Shown in pieces: positions 13,563 through 24,119 of a stretch of DNA of 64,000 nt. Position numbers and translations under genes: made by a program. Origin of the DNA: Lepidodermella squamata. Its lineage: Eukaryota > Animalia > Gastrotricha. A model generated the notes under the pieces. It did no database searches. It was not told the origin of the DNA and was given only the letters and a program-made list of their open reading frames with translations. Where the stretch lies: contig JBLDXI010000026.1 in assembly GCA_047495785.1 (NCBI GenBank), positions 496,001 through 560,000 of the forward strand, read 5' to 3'. The first letter of the stretch is position 1. Each line of letters starts with the position of its first letter.

Positions 13563-13928
13563 TCAAGCAGAACTCATCATTTTTTGCGCCATTATTCGAG
13601 CCCAGATGAAGAAGCTCACTTGGTTGTTACAAATTGCTTTTGAGCTGAACTTTTCGAGGCAAATGCGCATCTTTCGCTGTCGAATGTATTGGCGGGCCAG
13701 ATTGATGATTCTTTCCTCAATTTCGTTTGCTGGTAACATGGTGCTAGAATTGGCTGATATTGATCGCGACAGTATTTCTCGAAGAATAAGATTGATCCTA
13801 ACCAAGCTGTCCTTAGCCTGGGGTGAATTTGAGATGGTTGAACCTGGCACTTGGCCAGCTGTTACAGCTAAATTCGAAAAGATGATGATAGACGCAACTA
13901 CCGTCGAAGAAAACACGTAGATATTCAT
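13563..13928 (-). CDS. C-X9-C precursor family, copy 6 (type B)
   Basis: ATG at 13928 by alignment to paralogs, RQRKMRICLEKFSSKAICNNQVSFFIWARIMAQKMM. Confidence 0.85.
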   Translation of the reverse strand: MNIYVFSSTVVASIIIFSNLAVTAGQVPGSTISNSPQAKDSLVRINLILREILSRSISANSSTMLPANEIEERIINLARQYIRQRKMRICLEKFSSKAICNNQVSFFIWARIMAQKMMSSA

Positions 13929-14023
13929 GATGCGGAATTGCTGAATTGAAAAATCCGCGATTTGTGAGAATGACAACAAGCCGTCCATCCGGTTTATATA
14001 ACAAGAAAAAGCACGTACATATA

Positions 14024-14203
14024 CAGTGCACCTTTGTTATAACGAACGAACCATGATGGTGCCACATAAAAAGTTCGTTATAAGCGAAAGTTCGCTATAG
14101 CAAGGGTGAATAATATGGGAGAAGCCTAATAGCGTGCCAAAATTTTGGTTCGGTATAAGCCCAAGTTCCTTATAAACGGGTTCGTTATAACCAAGGTGCA
14201 CTG
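14024..14203. mobile_element. MITE with TA target duplication
   Basis: TIR cagtgcacctttgttataacgaa / ttcgttataaccaaggtgcactg with TA on both sides. The empty site is seen at ~18335 and ~24210. Confidence 0.85.
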
Positions 14204-15043
14204 TAGGGTCATAGAAGGTGGCGTATTTAAAAATAGCAAAACCCCGCCCTGGACTATAATGGACTACTGACATTATTCTTGTGCTCGTATTCAGTTAGCA
14301 TATTGAAAATGTCCTTTTCAAGTCACGGACGGATAACTGGTTCATTATATGAAGCCACAAGTTCTTAGCGATTCATGCTACGTGATTCACTCAGGATTTA
14401 CCGCAAATTGACGTTCGTTTTTGAAGTTGATAGATTCAAGACTCAAATGCAATTGAGGCCTTGCATCGGACTTTTTATGGAATCTAAAACATTACTTTGC
14501 TGCGGAGCTCTATTTGAGTCACTTCCAATGGCCGAAATCGGAAGGTGACATATCTCACCTTCAGGGAATTTTCCCGATCTTTAACTGCCTCAGCGGTATC
14601 CATCAAGTTAGCCTCTCCATAATTATAATAAAGTTCCTTACCCGAGTCTATCCAATGTCATCCTCCACTCGCTCAATAAATTTTCAAATTTGATTAAATA
14701 AGGGTTTAGCGTCAAGAATACGGCACCTTTAAGCATCGCGTAAACAATCTATGGCAATCCTAAATGAATAAAATGATATACATACTGAGAGTAGGTTAAC
14801 ATGTCATTTTCAAGATTGCGTACGAAATATTCAATTCAAATTAAAATAGACAGGAAATCTAGAAAGTTTTCCATGTAACTGCACTCAGCGGGTCCAAGTC
14901 GCTCCTAAATATTTACATATCGCGCTTTCCCGTCAGACGGTAAATCAGGTGACGGGAAATCGGGCTTCCACTGTATCCAATCTCTCTGGACGACAACTGG
15001 CGAGCTGGCAGATGGGGGACAGCAATGGCCGACTGTAGACTTC

Positions 15044-15160
15044 AGCCCGAAAAATCGGTACTGGTTTGGGAAATGTATCATATAATCGGAAAAGAGTTTC
15101 TGCGAAAGAGTCTGTATTGCGCCATGGCGATGACATTTCTAGAATGTAACGCTAATATCT
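15044..15160 (+). pseudogene. Fragment of a duplicated GPCR last exon
   Basis: VLVWEMYHIIGKEFLRKSLYCAMAMTFLECNANIF aligns to VLVWERFDIIGKELLRKFLYCAMVMGFLEYSANFL at ~7597-7700. Confidence 0.85.
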
Positions 15161-15758
15161 TTCATTCGCGAGTTACGTTTACGCTGAAAGCTGAATCTAT
15201 TGCAGCCAAAATTCCCTTCCTAATGCAAAATTACGCCACTCGGTCAATTCATGAAGGCCTTAAGAAAAAGCCTTACTTATGTAATGGGTCCTGCCGAATC
15301 CTGGGTTGTGAAAGTGAATTGCAGTGCGCTTTCTTCACAGCGAAGATCAAGGTTCTTCATATATCAAGCCAGTTAGTACTTAGTTTTGAAAAGTGAGGGC
15401 TACGAAAAATTCATTAAGAAAATAGAATCTAGTGCGATTGATAGCAATTGATCTCAACTTTTTCCAGCAATCGGAATGCTCAAAATTCATGTAAATTTAT
15501 TTGATTTATTTATTTGTTTGATTGTAGTATCAACTTGCTTCTATCACCTGCGAATAAATTAGCAAATAAAATGAAAAAACGTCAAATTTCCCACATCAAA
15601 GTTTAAGAAATTCAAGCTAAAGATATTTAGTGCAGCATCCTCAGAAATACCTGCGTTGAGAAGTAAGATGAGACTACAATGAAACTTGAAACTCGACTAT
15701 ATGTTTTACAATTATATCGCTTCGAGTTTAGCTATAGGTTTACAACGATGGCGATGGT

Positions 15759-16139
15759 TCAGGCGAATTCCATGAATTTCCGAGCCAATATCTGAGCCCG
15801 GATGTAGAAACGAACTTCATTGTTACATATTGCTTTGGAAGAGAACTTTTCGATGCATTTGATCATCTTTTGTTGTCGAACGTACTTTCGAATCAAATAG
15901 ATAATTCTTTCCTCGAAACGGGTTAACGATATCAAGTCATTTGAAGTAGCTGATCGCGAAACCATTTTTTCAGCAACCTCTTTGATTCTGTCCACTCGAT
16001 CTCCAGGCTGGTGGGTCGATGATTTCGTTTTTGTGCTGGAGCCATCTCTGAAGGCCATTGAAGCTGGAGCTTGGTCAGTCATTATAGCCAGATTCGTAAA
16101 GATGATGATAACTGCCGTCAAATAACTTAAGAAGTTCAT
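15759..16139 (-). CDS. C-X9-C precursor family, copy 7 (type A)
   Basis: Signal peptide, RQQKMIKCIEKFSSKAICNNEVRFYIRAQILARKFM. Confidence 0.85.
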   Translation of the reverse strand: MNFLSYLTAVIIIFTNLAIMTDQAPASMAFRDGSSTKTKSSTHQPGDRVDRIKEVAEKMVSRSATSNDLISLTRFEERIIYLIRKYVRQQKMIKCIEKFSSKAICNNEVRFYIRAQILARKFMEFA

Positions 16140-17869
16140 TATTTCAAATTGCAAGAAAAATGAATGATCTGAGATTCTCCGAAATCGAAAATCAGAACAT
16201 GCAAATGCAATGCATATCCAATTTAATCAGAGAGTAAAACTCAGACAAAAAGTCATGGAATGCGTGGATGGGTTTAAAAGCTATCGCCAAGTATGGTGTA
16301 GGAGTACATTACCTTTCAGATCGGCTTATGATTCCGCGGACAGAAAGAGGATTTCATGCAGAATGTCGCGCCATGTATTTCAATCTTTATTCTTGATGTC
16401 AATTGGAAATGGATTATAGGGGATATCACATGCAAATCTACCTAGATTTCCCATCAGGATTTTCGTGGAGCCGCAGAAGACGGGAAATCGGGGTTCCACT
16501 GTATGTAGCAGCATCGAGCCCTTCAAGAAACAGGTGTGGTGTTTCCATACATTTTATTTTGAAATATAAATTCAAAATTCAGGCTCAAACCGAGTCCATA
16601 CGATTCGTCTGACTTTAACAACCCGATTCGTATGCTCTTGTTTTTCAGCAAAGTAGAGGCATTCCTCATCTGTCCAGTACTAACAGGCTATTAAACCCCA
16701 CAACAAATTGTCGGAGGGAGTGACCTCTATCTACATACCTCCGACATGGCTATAATTCTCCGACAAATTTCGCTACGGTTTTCCTAAAGGTCACTATCCT
16801 AGATCGCTCTTTATCCCACACTTGCCCATTCGGATCCATCAAAACATGTTTAACCAGCGTCAACATTAAGTAGTTGACAGTAATTTTTCAGAATTGTGCG
16901 GTTTGCTGATTGAGGTGTCTTTTCTATTGGCATGATGCGATAAATAACCAAAATTATAAATGCAATGCTAATGTAATTTATACGTAAACCAACCCATGAT
17001 CTCCTTGAATTTTCAATGCTGTCGATGTCCCCCATGATCGCACAAGCAGCAAGGATACAATTGGGAGTAGTGTGCATAAGTTTACTTCGTTCTTACATAA
17101 TATTATTATAGTGCCTCGCAACTGTGTGCATGGTGCCATTTCAAGCCTCCAAACTTATTTACGATCAACGATTACAGCTAATAGCCTCGATTTTATTCAA
17201 AACATTCGAAATGGGGCCATTAGTTGTTCAGCGATAGGCAAAAAATGCGGCGTAGAGAAATGCACTGCTAAGATAGGAAGACTTCAGTTTTGTTGGTGCG
17301 CTTGATACGCAAGGATGCATTTTATTCAATAACTTTTCCTTCTAATTCGCACTTCCATGCCGCCTTGAAATCATTGCTTACATAGCGTTTGGAAAGAAGG
17401 GAAATCAAGAGAAATTCTACGACTGAGGTGATGGCGGGTTGACTCACTTAGGAAAATGATCCGGCTAAGTAAAGGAAGATGGGTCACGCGGTTATACTCA
17501 TACCTACTTATCGACGTGCGCCGAATTAAGCTGGTTTAAAGAATGACAGATGTAGATCTCTTGAAATAAAACTCGTGATTTTATTTTGTGTTCAAATTAA
17601 AATATGAACAAATCACTGATAAATGTATGAAGAAACTTGCTAATGAAAGTGTACGTCTTTTCGATAGCCCTTTATTTCTCGGGGCATGGTTTACCACAGT
17701 TTAAGAGCAGTGATAAGGCTATTCGAAATAAGCTAAATCAGAAACAAGTAAAGAAGTAAAGAAGACTACAGTTTTTATTGACAATATATCATTATTAACA
17801 ACAGTTTCAAGGTGAGCTCAATTTGCCACGCCATCAGGCCATGTTTGGTTCGATAATAACGAGTGTTCT

Positions 17870-18244
17870 TCAGGCAGAACTCATCATTTTTTGCGCCATT
17901 ATCCGAGCCCAGATGAAGAAACTCACTTGGTTGTTACAAATTGCTTTGGAGCTGAACTTTTCGAGACAAATTCGCATCTTTCGCTGTCGAATGTATTGGC
18001 GGGCCAAATTGATGATTCTTTCCTCAATTTCGTTAGCTGGTATCACGGCGTTAGAATTGGCTGATACTGATCGCGACAGCATTTCTTGAAAAATTTGGTT
18101 GATCTTCAGCAACCTGTTCTGAGCCTGGATTGATTTTGGTATGGTGTAGCCATTCGAGCCTGGGACTTGGTCAGCTGTTACAGCTAGATTGGAAAAGACG
18201 AGGATAAACGCAACTACCGTCGAAGATTTCACGTAGATATTCAT
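17870..18244 (-). CDS. C-X9-C precursor family, copy 8 (type B)
   Basis: The C-terminal ~50 aa are identical to copy 6. Confidence 0.85.
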   Translation of the reverse strand: MNIYVKSSTVVAFILVFSNLAVTADQVPGSNGYTIPKSIQAQNRLLKINQIFQEMLSRSVSANSNAVIPANEIEERIINLARQYIRQRKMRICLEKFSSKAICNNQVSFFIWARIMAQKMMSSA

Positions 18245-19265
18245 GATCTGGAATTGCTGAATTGAAGATTCGGCACTTTATGAGAATGATAAACAAACCG
18301 TTAACCGGCTTGTTTAAGAAGGATAAACACGTACAATAGATCATTGAAGGTGGCGTATATAAAAATAGCTCAATACCGCCCATACTTAATTGATCTATGG
18401 ACGAGTTACCGTGCTCGTTCCAATAAGTATCAACATGTCCTCTTTCGAGTCACGGACAGATAACCAGGTCATCATAGGCTGCCGCAAATTGTCTTTCGTC
18501 AGTTTTGCCACGGCGGTAAGTGATTTACTGGCTATTTACAGTGAATGAATGTTCCTTATCGATGTTGATTGAGTTGAGCCTCGATGCCTTGTACCTTGTA
18601 CTCAACCACAGGAATGCATCGGACTAGGGTGGGAGCTCGGAAACGTTGTTCGGAAATGCAGGTTGTTGAATGTACTCTATTTGAGACACTGCCGTTCCGC
18701 CCCAACGAGCAAAATCTGAAGCTGTGTCTCAAGTTCCATCAAGATATCCTGCGTGATAATTGCGTGTAAATAACTTGACAAGAATTGTTCAATTTTGGTT
18801 GCCCGAGTCAGAATTGCCCTCGATCCGATGCCACCGTCCTTGGTTTTAAAACTGTTCAAATTCGATTACATTATTAATTCGCCAAGAATGCGTCACCTTG
18901 TTAAGTAGCGCGTAGAGAATCTATAGCAACCCTTGCTCTTATAGAATAATTAGATTCGGTGGGTGAAATGGACGCTGATTGCAAGTTGTTTATTCTATAC
19001 CTAGATTCATACCATCGTTACATTTAAATTTCAAATTCCGCTGAAAGTGATGATAATTCACATCAGCATGATAGCATGATGTCTTCGGCTGTCAGCTGGC
19101 CCCATAAGTGGAGACTGACAGGATTTCAAACAGGAGAGTATGGCATATGTCTTCTTCCATTCGAGCGTTTTCACGCATTCTCCGACAATAATCTCATCTC
19201 ATGGACGCAATTATTCCTCTTCATGTGACATGACAGTCAGCATCGGAGAATCATGGGAGTTGAAG

Positions 19266-20450
19266 TGTGTTTGATGGCTGTTGACGTGTCTGTGATGTGA
19301 CGTGTCGATGTGGGCAGATTGTAGGAGAAATTGACTTCGCTTGCGAGTTGGCTCAATGAATATGACAGAAAACTTCAACAACAACAACAACCCCAAACCG
19401 GCGTGGGCCGCGGCGTCGTAGCTACTGAACAAAATGAGGTGCAAACGCACAGTTTTTAGCCTCAAGACTGGAAATGGCAAATCCACCACCGACAGCAAGG
19501 CAAAAGCTGAACGCATTGCCAAGACGTTCGCCAAAGTAATAGTCTCAGGTCTCAGCTCCTGCTGTGACATCAGAATTCAGCTCAGATCGCGATTTCTGGC
19601 GTGCGGTAGATGATGGGATCGAGTCTTGCCCAGCCGCAAAGCCAATATGCATACCAGAAAAGCTGAGTGTTAGAAGCCCGAAATCTTCCATGAAAGAGTT
19701 GTTTAAATAACTGAAATCATTTAAGGCTCCAGGTCAGGATGAAATGTCGAAAATTGTGATTAAAAATGATGGTCCAAGAATTGGCTGATACTGATCGCGA
19801 CAGCATTTCTCGAAAAATGTGGTTGATCTTCAGCAACCTCATGCAACTTCATGCCTCTCACCTACGTCGACATTATGAACTGAGCCTGAATTGCGGCTAC
19901 GTACCCAAGAGTTGGAAGATCGCAATAATAGTACCAATACATAAGGGTGGAAAGGATCCAGAACAACCTGAATCCAATCGTCCTGTCGCTCGTCAGCCCT
20001 GGGAAAGTGTCTGGAGCTCCTTGTGACCAAAGTCCTGATGGAATACCTCGTTAGAAGAATCTTGCTACCCAGCCACCAGTTCGGCGAGGCAAAACTGCCA
20101 CAGATCCCTCATTCCGTCAGGTCAACGACGTGGCCATAGCCCTGGCGCGAGACGCGACACTTGAAGCTAGTCGCTGAAGCCCTGGACTTTAAGAGCGCCT
20201 TTGATGTAGTATGGCCTGATCCACAAAATTCTTGAAGCGGGCGTTCCTGAGCCTATTGTCCGATGGTTATCGGAATTCCTACGCGGAAGTGGACGGAGAA
20301 ACCAGTTGTGAACATGAGATTCACTGCGGCATGCCGCAAGGCTCTCCGTTGAGCCCCCTACTTTTCCTCTTTTTTACAGCTAATTGCAAGTGTTCAAAAA
20401 TAAAAAAATCGGAACTTTGTATGCATATTTAGGTTACCTTGCCCTGTGGC
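19266..20450 (+). mobile_element. Degenerate non-LTR retrotransposon (LINE) reverse transcriptase
   Basis: Broken frames carry KAPGQD, VPKSWKIAIIVPIHKGGKDP...SNRPV, LDFKSAFDVVW and GMPQGSPLSPLLF. Boundaries are approximate. Confidence 0.88.
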
Positions 20451-20905
20451 TTGCTCATTTCGCTTGATAGTTGATCCCACAATCTGGTTGATCTTAACAA
20501 ATCTTCTTTCCTTGGCCGGATGCGGAGAAAATGCATCCGGAATAGATTCAGAATTCATTCAGAATAGATTCAGTTTCTATTTTTGGCATAGCTTTGACAG
20601 AGTTAAGTAGTTCTGCATCATTTGCATCGTTGTACCGTACAAAGTTAAAATGTTGTCCGGTAATCCGGTACAATTATGTTCGCACTTTGGGAAGTTGTGG
20701 CAGGAGCTTGCTTCAAACTCTTCAATCTCTCTTTAAATTAATTGCTGACAACAAAAATGATTGAAATTTATTCATTTGTGATGGATTGCTTGAATTACCT
20801 TGCTTCGACCACTAGGTTAAGTATAGCTAAAATTAATAAAAATAAGTAAAATATGTTCTTGATCACATCCTCCAAATTAAAGTAAGAAGAAGTAAGACAA
20901 GACTC

Positions 20906-21576
20906 TCTCCACTTGATGTAATCCGTGATACTCTTATAAATCATCTTTACCAGATACCTGAATAGTTCGTAATAATCTTGATATCAGTACTACTCGTTAT
21001 TTTATATTCTTCTAATTGAGCATTGTCAGCCTCCTTTAAACACTTCTGGAAACTTAATGAACACAGCTTATACCGACTATCTGCGACGATTCTTCACAAC
21101 TGATTTCTCTGTAGGGCGTGTCCCTTCCGGGGCGTGAACGCCGCCCGACAGGGCTGCATAGAGTATGACTTCCGTTTTCAGCACGGCGAAAGGCTTTGAG
21201 CTAGCGTGAGTCCTACTAGCAGCTCTGTTGGGCGATGCGTTCAGTTGTCCCCGGAGGCCTCATTCCCTGCCGAGAACTCAGAGAACAGTTGAAAAATCTA
21301 TGTATTATTATACCACTCTACAACATTACGTTGCAAACAATTCTACCTGATTTTACCTAATTTTACCTGATTATATTATCACTATTTATACATTTGTCAA
21401 CTAAATTCATAGCCTTCGTACTGAAACCAACAAATAACAAAAAATCGAACAAGTTCCAACAAAATACTGCTACATTATTGTACTTATACTAACCTAAAAA
21501 CAATTAGCGGTTACAAATTGCTATGGCTTTATACAATCGCGGGCTGGAATCCAAATAAAACATGATATTTAAAAAA
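20906..21576 (+). mobile_element. 5'-truncated retroposed insertion with 12-bp target-site duplication
   Basis: aagacaagactc at 20894-20905 and 21577-21588, AATAAA then an A-tail at the 3' end. The empty site is at ~10872-10883. Confidence 0.8.
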
Positions 21577-21677
21577 AAGACAAGACTCATTAGAAAATCG
21601 TTCATGTGTTTTGCAATGATATCGCTCAGAGTTTAGGTTGGTTTCCGACAACCAAATGATGGGTCCACGAGCGTTCC

Positions 21678-22043
21678 TCAGGCAAAGCGTTCCATCATGT
21701 TCCGCGCCAATACTCGAGCCCAAATGTAGAAACTAACTTTATTGTTACATATTGCTTTGGAATTGAACTTTTCCATGCATTTGTTCATTTTTTGTTGCCG
21801 AAAGTGTTGTCGAACCAAGTGGATTATTTTCTCCTCGACAAGGTTGACTGGTATCGCTGATCGCGAAATCATTTTTTCAGCTATCTGTTTGATCCTATCC
21901 ACTCGCTTTTTAGGCTGGTATCTAAATGATTTCGTTCCTGTTCTGAAGCCGTCCCCGGAAGCCGCATTGAGGCTAGAGCCAGCCAGATTCGTAAAGACCA
22001 AGATACAGGCTAATGCCGCCAAAGAATTCAAGAAGATATTCAT
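21678..22043 (-). CDS. C-X9-C precursor family, copy 9 (type A)
   Basis: Near-identical to copy 5, with an in-frame 6-aa deletion in the pro-region. Confidence 0.85.
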   Translation of the reverse strand: MNIFLNSLAALACILVFTNLAGSSLNAASGDGFRTGTKSFRYQPKKRVDRIKQIAEKMISRSAIPVNLVEEKIIHLVRQHFRQQKMNKCMEKFNSKAICNNKVSFYIWARVLARNMMERFA

Positions 22044-23753
22044 GATCTCTAATTGCAAAGAAGTGAACGACCTGCGATCATTAATCAGAACCTAAATTAC
22101 ATAAATAGCACCACTGCGACACGAATGGTCTTGGACTACATTTTAATATCCAGAACGTCGTCGGCTTATCACGCCGCGTACTGAAAGCGGGTTCATTTTC
22201 AGAATGTCGTGCCATGTATTTGAATGATCATCCTTTATGTCATTTGAAAGTGGATTATTATCGGGGATATCGTCGTTGATTTTCTCTTCCACGCAAGTAA
22301 ATAGACTCATTTACTTTCGCAATTCTGTGTGACAAACTGCGAGACCTTAGCACAACAGTTGCAAGAGGATATGATTTTATGATATTTACTCGCTTCTGAA
22401 TTCCTCAACCTGAACGATCGGGCGTTTAAGACAGATCATATCTGTTTATACGTCGCTAGGCGACGTGTGACACGGGGTGTAAGTTTATGTTTGGTTAGGA
22501 TTTAAATATCGGGGTTTGAAATCTTAAGACAAAACCTCCTGAACAGTTTTACACGCGCGACAAAGGTTTACGTTTGAAATCTTCCACGATCCTCTTCCAA
22601 GTTATTCTCAGTCTGTAGTGAAAAATGTGAAGTAATTGGGGCTGCGAACTTCTCTGACTTCAACAACCCAATAAAATACGTATGTTTTCTGTTTTTCCGG
22701 CAGGGTGCGATCTAGGATCCTGGAGCTGCCAGTGATGGCAGGGAAATTTTGAAGATTTTCCACTGAAACACGCTCCAAAATTGACAGCAGGCAACACGTT
22801 TTCATTTTCTTGTCCGATCTGGTCCGGATGATCCCCCATCCTCCTGAAAGGCGCACACTGTTTTCCAGGACAGAAGAGATATCCTGCTTTTGTCCAGTAC
22901 TTACTGGCTAATATAAACCCGCAACATATGCGGCAACGATTTATCAGACAGAGTGACCTTTGTCTATATCTCCGACAACACTAATTAACCGTGAAGTTTT
23001 ACTTCAGTTACTAAAGGTCACTTTCTTATCGTTCGTTATCCCACAATTGCTGATTCGGATCCTTCAAGGTGTCTTTGAATAATGCAAACATCCTAGTTAT
23101 CAAGGACAGCGTCAATCGTTCCAAGTAATTTTTAAAAGAAAATAAATCCTAAAATGTTGTAAACCAATGCTTGATCTTCTCCTCGAATGTCTAGTGCTTC
23201 CAATGTTCCAGTTGGCTAAGAAGCGGTCTCGACGATTAATGACTTGGAATTATGATTAAAGTTGGAGGTAGTTGGCCTTTTCATGGAAAGGTTCTGCGTC
23301 TATGACGATCAGTGGATGACTTTCTTAGGAAGCAGAATGATCCGGCTATGGTGAATAAAAGAAGGAGGGTTACGAGCCTTTAATGGTTAGCCCGAATACA
23401 GTTGATGTAAAGAACGACCTCTTGAAATATAAGTCCATTTTATTTTTGGTGTTAATAATTAAAAATAGGAACCAAATCACTGATTAGTGAATGACTGTAT
23501 AATATGAAGAGTATTCATGTTAATGAAAGTTAAAATCTTTTAATGCTCCTTGCTCCTTTATTTCTCAGGTCATCGCGTACTGCAAGTAAAGAGCGATAAG
23601 GCTTTATAAAATAAAACTAAATCAGAAACAAGTTAAGAAGTAAAGAAGACTACAGTTTATATTGGCGCTATATTGTAATCAGCAACAGTTTCAAGGTGAG
23701 CTGAATGTGCCAGGCCATGTTCGGTTTCGAGTGATGCTCCCAAAAAGTGTTTC

Positions 23754-24119
23754 TCAGGCAGAACCCATCATTTTTTGAGCCATTATTCGAGCCCAGATGA
23801 AGAAACTCACCTGGTTGTTACAAATTGCTTTGGAATTGAATTTCTCGAGGCATGCGCGCATCTTTCGCTGTCGAATGTATTGCCGGGCCAAATTAATGAT
23901 TTTTCCCTCAATTTCGTTTGTTGGTACCAAGGTGTTAGAAGTGTCTGATTGTGATCGCGACAGCATTTCTTGAAGAATTAGGTTGATCCTAAGCAGCCTG
24001 TCCTTATCCTGTGATGAATTCAGTGAATTCGAACCTGGAACTTGGTCAGCCCTTACAGCTTGATTCGAAAAGATGATGATAGACGCAACTACCGTTGAAG
24101 AAAACACGTAGATATTCAT
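23754..24119 (-). CDS. C-X9-C precursor family, copy 10 (type B)
   Basis: Signal peptide, RQRKMRACLEKFNSKAICNNQVSFFIWARIMAQKMM. Confidence 0.85.
   Translation of the reverse strand: MNIYVFSSTVVASIIIFSNQAVRADQVPGSNSLNSSQDKDRLLRINLILQEMLSRSQSDTSNTLVPTNEIEGKIINLARQYIRQRKMRACLEKFNSKAICNNQVSFFIWARIMAQKMMGSA

Noticed and set aside
21160-21195. Hammerhead or SECIS in the hairpin centre
   Set aside because: The CUGAnGA box is absent and no convincing SECIS quartet was found.
9557-22095. Recurrent plus-strand ORFs (9557, 11033, 13606, 17823, 21742) that resemble each other
   Set aside because: They are antisense shadows of the minus-strand precursor genes.
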